DNA from: Klebsormidium nitens
Taxonomy: Eukaryota > Plantae > Klebsormidiophyceae
Reading direction: 5' to 3'
DNA length: 64,000 bases
Assembly: GCA_000708835.1 (NCBI GenBank)
Contig: DF237038.1
Coordinates: 144,901-208,900 of the forward strand
The notes under the pieces were generated by a model that saw only the letters and a program-made list of their open reading frames with translations, did no database searches and was not told where the DNA came from. Made by a program: the position numbers and the translations under genes. Positions 12,001-30,100 of the stretch are shown piece after piece; positions within the stretch are counted from its first letter, which is position 1; every line of letters begins with the position of its first letter.

Positions 12001-15000
12001 CATCAATTGCACACGTTTTCAGCTCAAACGTCGTCCTCATGCCAGAGGCCCCGCCAAAAATTCTTTCATAGGGGGTCACGCTTACCTGACTCCGCACCCC
12101 CCCGCTGCATCCACACCTTGATGAGGTACTCGTAGTAGCTGTCGCCGCGCGACCCGAGCCGGATGTTGTTTCCGTCAAAATGGCCGGAATGCGGGTTGAT
12201 GAAAATCGGCACCAAGCCGTCGACGCTGTGCTGCTTTTGGATGTGCTTGACCACCCCGAGAGCGGCGTCGCAGTACCGGGGGTTATTGGTTAACCTGGAG
12301 AATAGTTACGTGTCAGGAGGGTATAAGCAGCAGGTTACAAGAGGTTATGACCAGGTTGAAGGAAGGGAATATGGTTACGAGTGAGAAGGGGTTGGGGCAT
12401 GAGAGGTTGAGGGACAAGTTAGGTTGCGCGTCGACTGAGAACCTACTTGGCCTCCAGTGTTTCTTGGTAGTACCGATAGGTAGGAGGTACGGTACTTTTC
12501 AAGCCATATTACTCATCTGGTTATGTACCTTGCGCTACCACGTGGATCCGAAAAGCCATCCGATTGGCTAAGAAATCTACGAAGCTTTTTGCTGCTTTTC
12601 GGTCGACCCGCACCCTTAAAGCTAAAATTAGAGCGAGCCTACGGGAGCCCTGGGCGATAGCAGGCGATGTCAAACGAATAACGGTGGTCACCTGCTACTT
12701 TCAGTGGGCTCGGTCAGCTTAAGAGGCGCCACAGTCTTGGACACTGTCGATTGGCCTCGATTCAGTCGAGGCTTTTCGAAAGGTTGGGTAAAGGTGAGGG
12801 GATCAGGAACAGCGACTGGTGGCAAGTGCTGATTGTGAACACGTAAGGCTCGACCGTTCAGGAACAGCACGCAATGAAGACCCATGTCCAACTAACCGGA
12901 TGATCGGCAAGTGAGGGCGGAGTACTGTCGTACAAGTTAAGAGAATTTCAAGGACGTCTGTGATCAATTCACTTACGCGGCGTTTTTTGCCGGTAAGAGA
13001 AACCGTTAGCTGAGACCGGTGGTCGCACATGGGGCAGAAGTACAGCCTCTGGAGAGGCTCTGAAACGCAATGATGACCTCGGCTGCATTCAAGTAGGCAA
13101 GTGACAACCTGCAAATCGTTCTGCTTGGTATCCTTGTCCTAAAAACAACCTGCGACCCTCAGAACGATGGAGCATCTGTTTTGGAAAATCAAAAAAGCAA
13201 GCAATTTAGAGCGAGAAAGTTGCTAGCGAACCATCCGTTTCAAAAAACACCCCACACTTCGCCAGCCAGCACACGCTTGTGAGCACACACAGCTTTCTGC
13301 TGACACGTGTCGAGCTTGAATCGACCATGAACGCCTCACTTGCTCAGGTAACAAAACTCCAGGCCCAAAGTCGCCACCTCCGCGGTGCTGCTCGACCCCC
13401 CGTCAAACTGCGCCGGCTTGCCCTCCTTATTCGCCAGGTGGACGTCAGAGAACGGCACTGCCGTCGGACTTGAGAACGCTGACATCAGCCGCTCCCCCAG
13501 GTCCTCTGCCCGCTTTAGGTACACCTCAGGGGGGGGTCCCCTCCCCTGCGATCTCACCGCCCCCCCCGCAAGCGCCAGGTCCGCGCCGCCCCCCCCGCTG
13601 AGATGGTACGCGCTCAACAACCCCCCCAGGACGCGGATCGTGGTTTCGAACAGGTTAACGTAACCCTGGCCCGCTAAGCGGCCCGGCAGCTCGCGGTCGA
13701 TCCAGTTTCCGGCGTCCGAGACAATGTCTCCGAGGCCCATGATCATTGCGGTGTCGAGGGCGTCAACAATTGTCGCGCCTAAACCGCCCAGGCCGTCCTC
13801 CCCTTGGCGGCTCTCCGGCCGCAGCTCGTCGTGTCCCCACGCGTGCTTCCGGTACGCCCCCCATGAGTCCTCAAAAGCTGCCACGACTAGTTGCCGCCTT
13901 TTCTCCCACTCGGCAGAGTGTGAACCGGCCACCTTGCTGGGGCTTTTGATCACCTTGCCGACGGGCTCTTCTTTCTTGCCTGCGCCAATACTTGGTTCAT
14001 CCTCCTTGCTTGGGCTTTTGATTACTCTCACCACTGCGTCCCCCTCATTCTCATCCCTCTTCCACTGCAAACCAGCGTCTTCTTCCAGCTCTCCCCCCCC
14101 GCTTCTGGCGGCGCCTGATCCCCCTCCCTCGGCTTCTTTCCGAATCAGCCCCCCCGTGTCAGAAATCCTCGTGCCGTCTTGACCTTGATCATCTTCTGCA
14201 ACACCATCTAGAGACTCCTGCACTTCGACAGCGTCTCTCTCCTTGCTCGTCTTGCCGGCCTCAACCTTCCGCCCCCTCAGCCCCTCCTTTGCCTTCTCCC
14301 CGTCCCCGCTGCGCTCTTCCGCTCTTTCCGTGTGGACCTTGTCCTCCTTCTTTGGCGCCTCGTCCAGCTCGTGCAACAGATCCGCCAACTGTTCTATCTT
14401 CGCCTCCTTTCGAGGCTTACCCGAACCCTTCTCCTCCGCAGGTTTGGTCCAAGGCCCGTCGTCCGGATCCTCCGCAAGGCCCAACACTTCGGCGTTCAAC
14501 ACCGAACCCTGCATGTCCCCAGACTCCCCTTCGCTGACCTCCTTTTCTGCCTCTCCCGTCTTGCCAAGATCCTCTTTCCGTGTGTCTCCCTCCAAATCTC
14601 CCCTCCTCAATCGTCCCCAATCTTTGCCCCCCGCATCTCCCTCCTGGCTTTGCACTTCGCCACCGCTTTTGTCACCCTCCGTTTGCGAAACGCGCTCCTC
14701 ACTGAAACCCTCCTCCTCCACAGCCAAAGGCAAGAACCGCTTGCCCCCAAAGGCAACACGTGGAATCGCCTCTACCGATGGCAGCGGCTTGGCTTCAGCC
14801 TCCTTCAAAACTGCCGTGTCGCTCAGCTTGTTGGTCGTCGATAAGGAGTCCTCTGAGGGGAGTGCGGTGGCCGTGTCGTCAGCGGTGGAGCTCGCGGGGG
14901 CATTTGTGTTTGAAAGCGACCAAAAGACGAAAAGCGCCACAGCAGCGAAGAGTAGGAGCACAATTAGCTGGCGGATGAGGCGCCCCTCCTTGCGCAGCAG

Positions 15001-15999
15001 CGTCTGGAAGAAGAATGATGTTTGTTAGGAAAGTATCCACAAGGCTAATCATAGGGCTAACAATAAGGCTAAGCATCGAAGGCCTTGATAATAAGGATAG
15101 AGCTGACCATCAAAGGCCTTAAACATAAGGGTAACCATAAGGCGAATCAACAGCTAAACAGAACGCCAAGGTCAGTAGGCTGGGCAAACTGCTTCTGAAA
15201 GCTGCCCCTTCTGGTAAATGCAGCTGAATGTGGAACTAGAGCGTCTAAGGTGTATTCCAATCTTCGCAAAGTGCAAGCTTTCCTCAAGTATTTGCACTTA
15301 GTGGTTCAGATCTGATTCTTCAACCTCATGAAGAAGGGAGCAGCATCTGCACCACAAGCAGACGAAGCCAAGCTTCATCAAGCTTGTTCGCATTGATTAA
15401 AAGTTCTGACTTATTGCACAGCGCTTGTCAAAAGTTTCACGCAGCTGGGTGATTATTGGATGACACTGACTCTCATCAGACGAGTTTGTCTGTAGCGCTT
15501 AGCAATTACAACCAAAGCAGTGAGTTCAAAGGGTTGGAGGGGTCAGTACGACCCTCTGAGGGGATTCAAATTGAAGCAACGTACTGCGCAGCGACAGTAT
15601 GAAGATTGCGTTGTAGTGGCCCCATCTGTGGGCATGTTTTGTAATGAAACAAACATCTGCATGGATATGCGACCAACATAATGAGACCAATTTTCTCTTA
15701 AAAGAAGGCGTCCAACAGAGGAACTGGAATATTTTGCCTGTCTGGATACAGCTGCGTCTTGTGACTTTTCTGAGATCTACGAGTAGGTTAGACATGAAGA
15801 AACAACAGTGAGAAATGTTGCAAATCAGGGAAATTGCAGAACAACAAAGTAAAGACAAAGGTCTCAAAGGTCTGTCTTTGATGCAATAAATAGATGATGA
15901 TCGAAGTTGTGAGGGCCAGCACGCTTGGATCACCTTAAGGATGCCCCCACGCCGTCCCTTCGCATTGTCATAGCGATCCCGGCGGCTAGTTGGCAGCAT
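9042..15999 (-). CDS. MNS3: Class I alpha-1,2-mannosidase (GH47), MNS3/ER-mannosidase I type; exons 15999-15934, 15003-13340, 12294-12086, 11626-11466, 10475-10276, 9489-9042 (915 aa)
   Basis: Phase-consistent GT-AG chain. Motifs: [71 protein letters not shown]. The N-terminus [13 protein letters not shown] resembles plant MNS3 (recalled). A type II TM helix precedes a long acidic stem. Confidence 0.93.
11215..11535 (-). repeat. Decayed copies of MNS3 exon-4 end plus donor in intron 4
   Basis: On the minus strand, ggacggactgcgagcggaattgtcgcccaaaatggaccatttg|gtgag is repeated in degenerate form at about 11335-11420 and 11215-11290. Confidence 0.85.
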
Positions 16000-17207
16000 C
16001 TTGAGTATTGCTACTGAAACCACAACAACTTTCCGGTCTCTGGACAAGGTCTCTCAGCGATTCAATGCGGTCACTCCCTCAAATCACAGGCCACCTCAAA
16101 TACACATATTGACAGAGTTCGAGCTTGCTTTCCTCTCATATGATGACAAGGATCTGTCACCGGTCCGCCTCCGCTGAGCTAAGCACAGGCTGCGTTGCTT
16201 GAGATCTCCGTAAGCAGCAATTGCAGCGCTGTCCGCACGCAACTCCCTGCTGAGATGCTCAGAAGCTGGCATCAAGGTCATGAGTAGAGAGGCTCTACAC
16301 ATGGAGACCATCATACAGCAGATTACAACTTCCCTGGCGCTTCTCCTTGCTGCCTCATGCCAATATGAATCAGGTCCACTGCACATGGAACAGCATGTCC
16401 TTTCTCTTGATCAACAGTTCACGTCAGGTTGAATACAGGCATACAAAACCGGGTTTGGGGTAACCCAGCACGTTCCGGAGAGGAAACGGAACTCGCTGCG
16501 GGCGGTTGTCTGTCTGGTAGCTTGCATCCGCTTCAAAATTTCCAGCAGCGGAATGACGGTTAAACTCAAGGTTAGGTCGCCTCCAACAGTCCTGCAGGTT
16601 TGGCAGACAAGCAGCTTATTAATGGCCTATAGACATCGATTTCAGGCTTTTGGAGAAGGTGGAAAGGGGCGCTCGAAGAGCGTTGGTGGATAGGTGTGCT
16701 GCTGTTTGTCCATCCCTGCTTGTCGTCAAGCTAATCAAAGCGAGCCAGTTGCGCATCCGTGAATAGAGGGTTTTATTATTATTTTCTTTCTGGGGCTTGG
16801 AAGCTGACTGACTGACTTAAAGGGGATTCTCTCAGCATCTTTTTGGCAGGTGTAGGGGAGCGCTTGCGGGGCTGCACAGAGCAACGTCCGATATGCTGGG
16901 AGGTCGAGCGTTTGGGGGTGGGGGTTTTGGGGGGGGTCCTGTAGGGACTAATGGGAGGGTTAGCAGGGGGTAAGTGGCTGCAAAACAGGTCTCCTCTTTC
17001 ACCCAAGGGAGCAGCTTTTGTTTGGACAGGAACAAGGATGCATGGTGCTAAACTTGTGGTCGGCGGTTTTGCATAATGGTTATGTTAATACCATGGTGAT
17101 CCTGGATTTTGGACTAGCTTGGTAACCATGGAATCTGGACTAGCTTGCTTCACTTGCGAGCTGGCTTCTAGCTTTTAGTGAACAAACACGCTGCGGATCC
17201 CCTGTGG

Positions 17208-19418
17208 ATGTTCCTAGTCAAAGGCTGCAGGTAGTCTCAACAGGTGCAGAATACCTGAGTGGTTGCAGGCAGAGTAGACGCTCACGTCAATGGGTCTTCA
17301 TTACCACCGCACTAGGGCTAACTCTTGGCGGGGTGCCATGTTTTCTCAAGGGATTTTGGTCCTGGGAGGGGCAGAGACTTTGACCCGGGGTATGGCGACC
17401 TCCCAGACCCCAAGCGGCAGAGAGTGCTGGAGCCGCCAATTGGAGGACCGGGGCCGTTCTTTGGAGGGGGACCCCCTGCGCGGGGGGGGCTACCAGGCCC
17501 AGGATTTGGACCGGCAGGTGCTCTGGCGCCCCCTGGGCCCCTCCCAGTCAGGCGGGAGTTCCCGGTGGTGAAGCTGCGGGGGCTGCCGTTTCGGGCAAAT
17601 GAAGTCGACGTGGTCGAGTTCTTCCAGGGGCTCGACGTGGTCGACGTGCTGCTCGTAAGGAATGCGGAGGACGGGAAGTTCAACGGGGACGCCTTCGTGG
17701 TGTTTGGGGCAGCAGTGCAGGTCGGCGGCCTATTTGGAGCTTCTGCTTCTGTTCCAAGTTTTTGGGCTTATCTGTATTTCGTGATCAGTTGCTTGAAGGA
17801 ATGCAGCTACCAGCGTATCCATGTGCTATGCTTGTAGAGAGTATCTCCATGTGCTCTGGTCCTTGGTTGGAAAAGGAAGGTGTTTCACTTTTTGGACAGC
17901 AATTGCTCCCAGGAGTCGGCACATGCACACCTACAAACATGTGTTAAGTTCCCCTCAGGATAGAAGATGAGAAGCCCATTCGCTGCCTTCTTCATGCAAG
18001 GACATTTGGGCACCAATCGCAGCCCCGTGCTCCTGTAGTTTCCTCAGTCAATTCCCTCGGAAGGAGTGCAGACTTCCAGCTCTAAGCGGTTGGCTGTCTT
18101 TGAGAACTGACCACATTTCTGCGCCCGCTGTGTGAGAAGCACGTTTAGCGGCTTTAAGCATCGAATCCTTTAGCCCTCTCCTTCTGTCTCCAATGTTTAC
18201 TTTCGTTGCGTTTGCATTTGCTGTTGGTTTGTTTTTTTGCTACTCCTACTCCATCCTGACCGCTGTTTATTTTCTCACCTGTCATCTCACCTCTGCTTTG
18301 CACAGGTCAACTTCGCTCTCCAGAAAAACCGCCAGCACATGGGCCGCCGCTACGTCGAGGTCTTCCCAACCAAAAAGTCGGACTACTACAAGGCTGTCGC
18401 AGAGGAGGTCAAGCAGGGGGGTCCTGTCGACCTCCCCCCAGTCCAGGACCTCGCCCCCCCCCGCGGTGGTTTCCTACCCGGCCCTGGCGGCCCCCCTCCG
18501 CTTCGAGCCCCCATGAGAGATGACCGTTTCCGGGGGGAACGGGACATGAGGGTTAGGGAGCGCACGCCCGAGCGGAGGGACTACCCTGAGCGAAATAGGG
18601 GCCCCCCTCCTATGAGGAGCGCCCCTCCGATGATGCAGGGCCCTGTTATGGACCGGGGCAACGAGTTCACGGTTGTCAAGCTGAGGGGCCTGCCGTACAC
18701 CGCGAGCAAGCAGGACATCATCGAGTTCTTCGGCGAGTTCGGGCTGAATGAAGACAGCCTGCATATTGTGACGTCAGCAGACGGCAGGTGAGCTTTGGGG
18801 CTGGAGAAGGTTGGAGGAGAAGTTTGGCACGGCCAACCAATTCGCTGATCGCGGTCAAGCTTTGCAAGCTGGCATGCTCGTGCACTTCAGTCCTTTTCAG
18901 GCGTGCAGTGACTGAATGTACATGCGGTGGCAAAGATTCTTGGAAGACAACATCTGGTAGAATCATTGGTCGTCTGATGGTATCTGTTTGTGTGCGCTTG
19001 TCTTTCTGCGGATTGCTTACTAGGGCCTCTGTAAGACATTTCCAACCACGGTTGCTCTTTGTTTGTGTGCGTGTGCAAGCCTCACCTTGAAATTGCACAG
19101 TCCAATGAGCTATTACTGATGGGAGCTGATAAGCGGCTAGGGTGTCAAGCTTTGAGGAGGCTAGCCGTTACTGGATTACAAATCCACACGCGCTTGTGCA
19201 TGTCTTAAGCATGCTTGCATCGTCGTTTCGATTCCTCACATCCGTCTTTGCTATCTTGCCTTGCCAGGTCAACTGGGGAGGCATTTGCCGAGTTCAACAG
19301 CACGGGGGATGCAAGGAGGGCGCTTGAGAAAAATAAGCAGATGATTGGCTCGCGGTATGTGGAACTGTTTCCGTCCTCACGAGAGGAGGCCACAAGGGCA
19401 GCCACAAGTCGTATCTAA
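17208..19418 (+). CDS. hnRNP F/H-like two-qRRM RNA-binding protein; exons 17208-17230 (tentative), 17351-17720, 18306-18787, 19268-19418
   Basis: Motifs: FPVVKLRGLPF..DVVEFFQGLDVVDV, ALQKNRQHMGRRYVEVF, VVKLRGLPYTASKQDIIEFF, GEAFAEF..MIGSRYVELFPS. The last three exons are firm. The start and first exon are ambiguous (see findings). Confidence 0.88.
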
Positions 19419-20443
19419 GCATCGAGTCTGAGAAACGCTTATCGGACATTGGGTCTCAGAAACGCTCATCTACCGTATAGATCTAGAAATTGCAGTATAG
19501 GAAGTCAGTGTTGCCTCCCAAGTGTTGCGGGGAGTGGTAGCGCTTACATGCAAAGGAATCAACAAGGATGTATCATCATGGCATGTGCACCTCATCTGTT
19601 GTCTCCTTTGATGAATCACCGATTGCATGTGTATGGAAATTGTTTGCGTTTTGTTGATTCTGTCCGATTGACTTGGTCATTGCATTTGAAGCGGTGATGT
19701 ATGGTCACCAAGCCTCAAAACGGATGTTTCAGTGCAACTTGCAGAGGCGAATCATTTCTGAACATGGAATGTGAATCTAATCTTCGCTACACCTGGCACA
19801 ACACAAGACAATGGCGGCTCGACGCCAAGTCTTGCAAGATCGCATGCCACTCTTGCTAATTTCATAGATTTGGAGGTCACAGACATGCGAAGCCCCAGCT
19901 TGTCTCAAGACTCAATGACAAAATGCTTTGATTGGAGATGGGCAAATGAACTTACAAGCAGCATGATGTCCGCTGGCGCCTGCGCTGTCAAATCTGCTTT
20001 GATGCATTCAATCTACAATGCCAATGGTTCATGCAACTGAATTGTCACCAAGTTCCTAGTACGGAGACAACCGAAACCAAGCTTGCCAATGCCATTGGCC
20101 ACCAATGGCCAGTCTTGAGCTGCCTCGAGACGTTTGGGTTTGCTCATGCAGCATTGAATCCAAGGGAAGCCTGGAGCTTCAAAGAGGAAGCCTAGAGCTC
20201 CAGTCCGTAGGCTTCAAGCAGCTTACGGCTCGATTACCGGTACGGTCCCTTACAACCTTGTACCGTACCTTGCTTCAGCTCTGCTCGTCGGCTGTCTCTA
20301 GCCGCTTTGTGAAGTTGCAGGGCGCCGTCAAGGGTCTGCTTCTCGATTACGTCGGGCGCTCTATCATCACAGCCATTTGAGACAAAGGAAGCAGGATACG
20401 GTGCTGACTGAACGCAAGTTGTGAAGCCCCCTATCCTGCAAAG

Positions 20444-24635
<4,192 letters not shown>

Positions 24636-26030
24636 GCTGCTTTCTCATTAGTTACGAAGTAAAGCCGTTTATCAGCAGCACGGCAGCCCTTTCGTGCAGC
24701 CAGGCTCTGGGAGCTGCGCGCACATGTGAAGATGCACGCATCAGCCTCGTTTTCTTTGTATTTTCACGTCTACCTTATCCATGTTTCCGTTATGTTGATC
24801 GCTCTGTTGTTTGGATGGCCGCCCACTCCTGTAGCTGTCAGAGGATTGCGCTTGAGGTGGCCTGCATGAGCCAGGGTCGTTGTATCAGCAGTGCACATCA
24901 TACCGGGCTGCCCACCGAGAGCCTCTAGCACCTATACTCGTGCACAACTGGAGCCTAGCCTAGCTGCGCTAGCTCAGATCTTAAGATTGATGCTATGAAC
25001 TAATGGTGCAGGGTATCAGATACCTCATTGAGTGGCCTGGCAAATGACAAATCAATGACTGAAGGAATCAGTTCTGATCGAGCACCAATTAGAATTGTAT
25101 GCATGTTGTCGCAGATGCGTCAAGGTGCACTTTTCCTGTATAGTGTTCTTAAATGATTGAGTCTGGGCCTTTATTTGTGCAGGAACTAGTAATTGGCCTG
25201 GGGCCCTCGATGCTGTTCTCCTAGCTATATTTTCCACAAGGCAGCGACGGTATTCCAAATTGACGTAGTGAATAGGCCTGAAAACCTACAAACAACAACA
25301 TCACGAGATCATATAAAATCTTGCAATTCGGCATTCGTTGACATCATGGAAATAGCTGGCCGCCAGCCCATGACTAGTATAGCAATTGCACGCCTTCTTA
25401 TCAAGCATAACAATCCAACAGGAAACATGTGCGTATGCAGCTTGTGTTTAGCATGATGGGACTAATCTCGTGATCACTTGCTGCATGCAGTCATAGTGTA
25501 TGTGGTTAGCATCATTGCATTTTGAAGCTTGCGAGTGGTACAGAAAGATCTGTAACAATGGGCGTTCTAGCAAGTGCTGTTTCACCCTCGAAAAAATAAT
25601 GGGACGCACAAGTTGGCACTAATGGAAGAGCCCCAGATCGTGCGTGCGACAATTCTCTCAAGTGGTGGTGTTTTGTCACATCACATGTCAGGATATCCAA
25701 AGCTTAGCCAGGACTCGACCACTGATGACTATCTCAGAACACTTGTATCCATTGATCTGACTACATATGTGCAAATCCTGCTGTATTCAGCAGCTAAGCC
25801 GAATTGCTCATCGCCTTCACTTTCCTTCTCGTCCCACCTGACAACGAAGTGAATATTGCTTTCTGGTCGGAAAGACCTAGCTGCCGCCGGCAAAACCCAG
25901 ATTCTTGCCAACTCCATGTCGCACGGGCCGACCAGCCTCTACGCCTGATTAGCATCCAGAATCCTGATTAAGAGCAAACAAAAAGTAACGCATTTCAATC
26001 AAGCTAACCTATGACCATAACCTTTACACC

Positions 26031-26318
26031 TCATCGGGGGGCAGGCGTCGGCAGCGCCCCCGGGGCCTGCCCTGTCCCTAGCACTGCCTGGCTGCTCTCA
26101 AGCTGCTCCAGCTGCGCCTCCCTGTCCATCTCAATAATCAGCGGCACCCCCAGCACCAGAAAAGTCGTTCCCAAGATCCATGCAGCCTTGCCGGTGCTCC
26201 ACAGAATCTTCTTCGTGACGTACACGGTGTTATCGAAGTACTGCTGGCCCTTCTGCGCCGTTGGTGACTTGGAGAGGCTGCCAAACCACGAGTCTTTTTG
26301 CCCGGCCGCTGGGGCCAT
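26031..26318 (-). CDS. TOM9: Mitochondrial import receptor subunit TOM9 (plant Tom22), single exon, 95 aa
   Basis: KKILWSTGKAAWILGTTFLVLGVPLIIEMDREAQ is the Tom22/TOM9 signature. ATG at 26318. Confidence 0.93.
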   Translation of the reverse strand: MAPAAGQKDSWFGSLSKSPTAQKGQQYFDNTVYVTKKILWSTGKAAWILGTTFLVLGVPLIIEMDREAQLEQLESSQAVLGTGQAPGALPTPAPR

Positions 26319-27125
26319 TCTTGGATCACAGAAGAGGTCAAGGGCAGAATATAAAACAGTAGTGTGCTTGTATGTAACGCCCGTCAGAATCTTCAAGAGC
26401 AACAGCTGCCTAGCTGCGTCCTTCCACCACGAGCACTATCAAGAGAGCGCCTGGACATTTGTGGAGACTGAGCAGTGAGCACTGTCCTCCTCCGGCCGTG
26501 AATCATGAACTCTGGCAGTGGAAGCGCAATCGAGGGAGATCTGCCACTCTAGCTGGTATATTTTGTTGGTCTCTACATTCGCCAGATATATAATTTCTTA
26601 TATATTCAAGAGCATGCATAGAAAGTCGTCAAGGAGGATGCCGGCAGGCGGAACGCACAATTCTGAGATGGCCGAAACGCTGTCACAGCCGTCCGATCTT
26701 CACCTAATGAAGCCAGTCTGAGAGTGCACTTGGGCATTAGCTGCTAGCGACCAGGACCGGACTCTTAAGCTTGGGCCTCCTCTCTTGCGCCGGAGAGAAC
26801 GAATCGTAGCCGTCAATTTGTTGACGTTGAGAGGATGGACGATGATGACAGCCTGGTCGCTTGTCCCCCAGCCATTTCGAGATTGTGCGTTCCGCCTGGC
26901 CGGTTCCTTATCTTCCGAAGCCCTTGGTAACACCGTTACTACTGACGCCGTTGTTGTTCGGACCGTTCCCACACGCAGATATGGAAATTTTGGATTTGAA
27001 ATGCGTGTTTTACCGGTAATACCGTGAATTGGTCTGGATGCAATCTAGATAGAATTCAATTTTCACAGATCACAAAACTCTGGCCCTGGGCCTGGTTCAG
27101 GCGCGCCCCATGACACCAGATCTGC

Positions 27126-30100
27126 ATGCAGATTTTGGGCGCCAGAATGGTGTCCCTTGTTGGCCGCTTTCGCCCCCAGCATTGGTGCCTGTGCTTCCTG
27201 TTGATTGCCTTGTGCATGCAGCGTGGGTTGTCAAGCTCTGAGCGTCCTTTGAGGCTTCGTTCTGCATTTCAAATGAGCGGTCACAAAAGCATCGGAGTTG
27301 TCAGCGCAAACTGCAGCGTGCCAAACTCTGCCGACGATTCAGCAGACGACGAGAATGCAGGTTTTGACGGGGACGACGACGATGATGTCAGCTTAAAACC
27401 CGCCCGCCGAATGGGTGTGCAAGGGAATGAGAAGCTGGCCCCTGAAGATGAATCAGAAGATGACAGCTGGAGAGTGGAAGGTACAGACTGGCAGGGAGAC
27501 CTGGGGAGGTCGGTGGATCTACCCTGGCCAGGACATCACAAGCACCGGCATTTGCTGATTGGCGTGCTGACTCAGCCGTACTACAGCTGGAACATGACCA
27601 AACCTGATGCGGAGCACACCGGGCTGGACAAGCTGTTCATTGGTGCGTCATACGTGAGGTTGCTCGAGGCGGGAGGGGCGCAAGTGGTGCCAGTGTTTCA
27701 TGACTCAACAGACGAGGAGTTTGAGAAGGTAAGTCAAGGGTTTGGTTAGTGTGCTTTGTACACTCGGTGGTTGATTGTGAATGCAGGCGCCATGTCTCTC
27801 TGTACCATGCTTGCGTAAGCCAATGAGTAGACATATGGGGTAGAGCTTGGCCTGACTCAGTTCTCCCCATCATGTACAAAGCATTGATGAGAGTGCATTT
27901 GAAATACGAATGAGCGCTAGTACGACTACGAATGAGCGCTAGTACCAGGAATAAAGTGGGCGCCAGCCAAGTTTGTCTTTGGATGGACCCTCCTGGTGGT
28001 GCGGCTTCATCCGTAGGTCTCTTGTTTCGCTCACTATCTTGATGTCAAGCATCGGACACGGTCTGTTAACTGGTGTTGCGAGCCATATCCGGACTGGATG
28101 TTTCTTAAGAAATCAGTCAAGCACGCACAAACAAATGACAGAAAGCTCGTCCATAGACTGTGCACTTCATGGTAGTCTCGATGCCCTCGGACTTGGTTTC
28201 TCAGGCAGCTTTCTGCCTGTGCAGGTCATGTCGCAGATCAACATGCTCGTGATACCAGGGGGCTTTGCCAGCCTCAAGAAAAGCAGCGAGTTCTACCAAG
28301 CGGGAAAGAAGCTCCTGGATGTAAGGCCTCCTCGGCACCATAAGGCTTCCGTTGTGCCGCCCCTATTTGTACGTGACTTATCTGACATCATACATCTGGA
28401 GAAGTGCGTGTCAAAGTTGAAGCTGCAATTGCTGTGCCTTGAATTGTCCGCAAATAGTTGAAGTTTCACCTCCTGGTTCAAGAGACTTAAGTGGTGGTAT
28501 GTTAGGTTAAGCGACTCAGTTATAGAACGCGCAGGTCTGTGGTTGGCAGTCCCATCTGTCCCAGATAAACTGGCCTTATAGATAGCGGGACCTGATAGGT
28601 AGCAGAGCTTGTGCCGGTAGGGTTCTTCACGCTCATTCATCAACCGGCCCCATCAACCTCGTCGCCAAATTACCTTCTTTGATTTGCCAGATTCTGGTGT
28701 CACTTCTGATCAGGCTCATGAGCAGAGGCCAGCACCTCCGATCCTCTTTGTTTTTCAGCGGACATTAGGAGTCTTACGAACTCCTGTGTGTTCTGCAGAC
28801 TATTTGACTTTTTGAAAACTCGGGATTGATTCGCCCTTTCGAAGCATCCGACTTTACGCTTCTTCTGTGCAGATTGCCATGAGGCTCAACGACGACGGTG
28901 ACTTCTTTGCCGTCCACGGCATCTGCCTAGGGATGGAGCTCATGTTGAAAGCAGTTAGCGCGGTGAGGAACTTTTCTCGTACAATCAACCAGGCAGGAAA
29001 TTGGGTTTGTGGACTCAAGTTATCCGCTCCTTCTCTTGATTGGTTCCCAGGGGACACCCAATCTCGACTTTGACTAATTTCCAGATTGCATCCTCGCACT
29101 GGTTGAAGCGACCAAATCGTTCTCGAAAATGTCTGTTGAAAAGCAACCACTCAAGACACCAGTCTCAACAAAAGCACCTTTCAAGCAACATTGAGAGAGC
29201 CTATCGAGAGTTGCCGTGTTGAATCTGCGGATAAAGCTCAGATCGTCGAGGCGAGGGTACTTTCGATCTTCGGGTAGCTTCTGGGCCCTTTAAATAAACT
29301 CCTTCCCACGTAACTTCGAGCCTCCACCTACAATTGTCGTTTTGCAAAACGTCCTGTCCTTTCGCTCAATTGTCAAATTTTGCCGGTCGGAGAATGCCGA
29401 ACGAAGATGCCTGTTGAAAAAGAAGATTGCGCAGGCACAAAATTCCAAATCGCAGACTGATGCTCGCTCTAGGCAGTGGTCAAGATGAAAGAATCCGCAA
29501 CAGACTACTTAAAAGCTGCAGCGCACTTGCAAGATTGACTGATGTCAAAATCACATTTTTGAAGTCAATTGATCAAATTACCCTCTTTTTCACTGTAGAA
29601 ACACAAGATACTGCGGCGGGTCAACGCCACCGCTGCGCCAGCAACCTTGTTCTTCCCCTACCGGTCGGCCAGGAGGAAAGCCATGTTTGCCTGGTGAGCG
29701 CTTAAACTCTCGTCCCCGTCCATTATGAAGCGAAGACAGTGACGTCAGCCAACGTCATCACGCCGCTCACGGCCGTGTGCGTGCCCCTTAACCTTGTGAT
29801 TCACACTCTGTGCTGCCAACCTGTACCTGGCTATGATTTTTGTGCAGCGTTTTGCGGACAGCGTTTTGCGTGTTCCAGCCGTTTGGTGTCTTTTCACCAG
29901 GTCACCAACTGTGGATCTGCGATGCATTCGACGGTGACTCATGCGTTGGGAAAGACTGCGGTCGTGTTTCATGAGCAGAAGCCCGGTCTGGTCTCTCTTC
30001 CGCATGAAATTGGATGTTATGCCTAGCCCGATTCTCGTTCTGACTTTCTCGCGAAGCAAGCGAATGAAGGAGCATTCCTTAGTGGCAGATCCAGGCCTGT

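Noticed and set aside
14243-15028. 261-aa plus-strand ORF and many other 60-170 aa ORFs in the track
   Set aside because: These are antisense or alternate-frame shadows of GC-rich exons or intronic repeats, with no family motifs.
16096-16386. 96-aa ORF just upstream of the MNS3 ATG (possible uORF)
   Set aside because: The TSS is unknown and there is no recognisable conserved peptide.
17351-17357. GGATTTT viral-type -1 slippery heptamer near the hnRNP frame break
   Set aside because: It is phased to leave, not enter, the qRRM frame. Splicing or an assembly error explains the break better.
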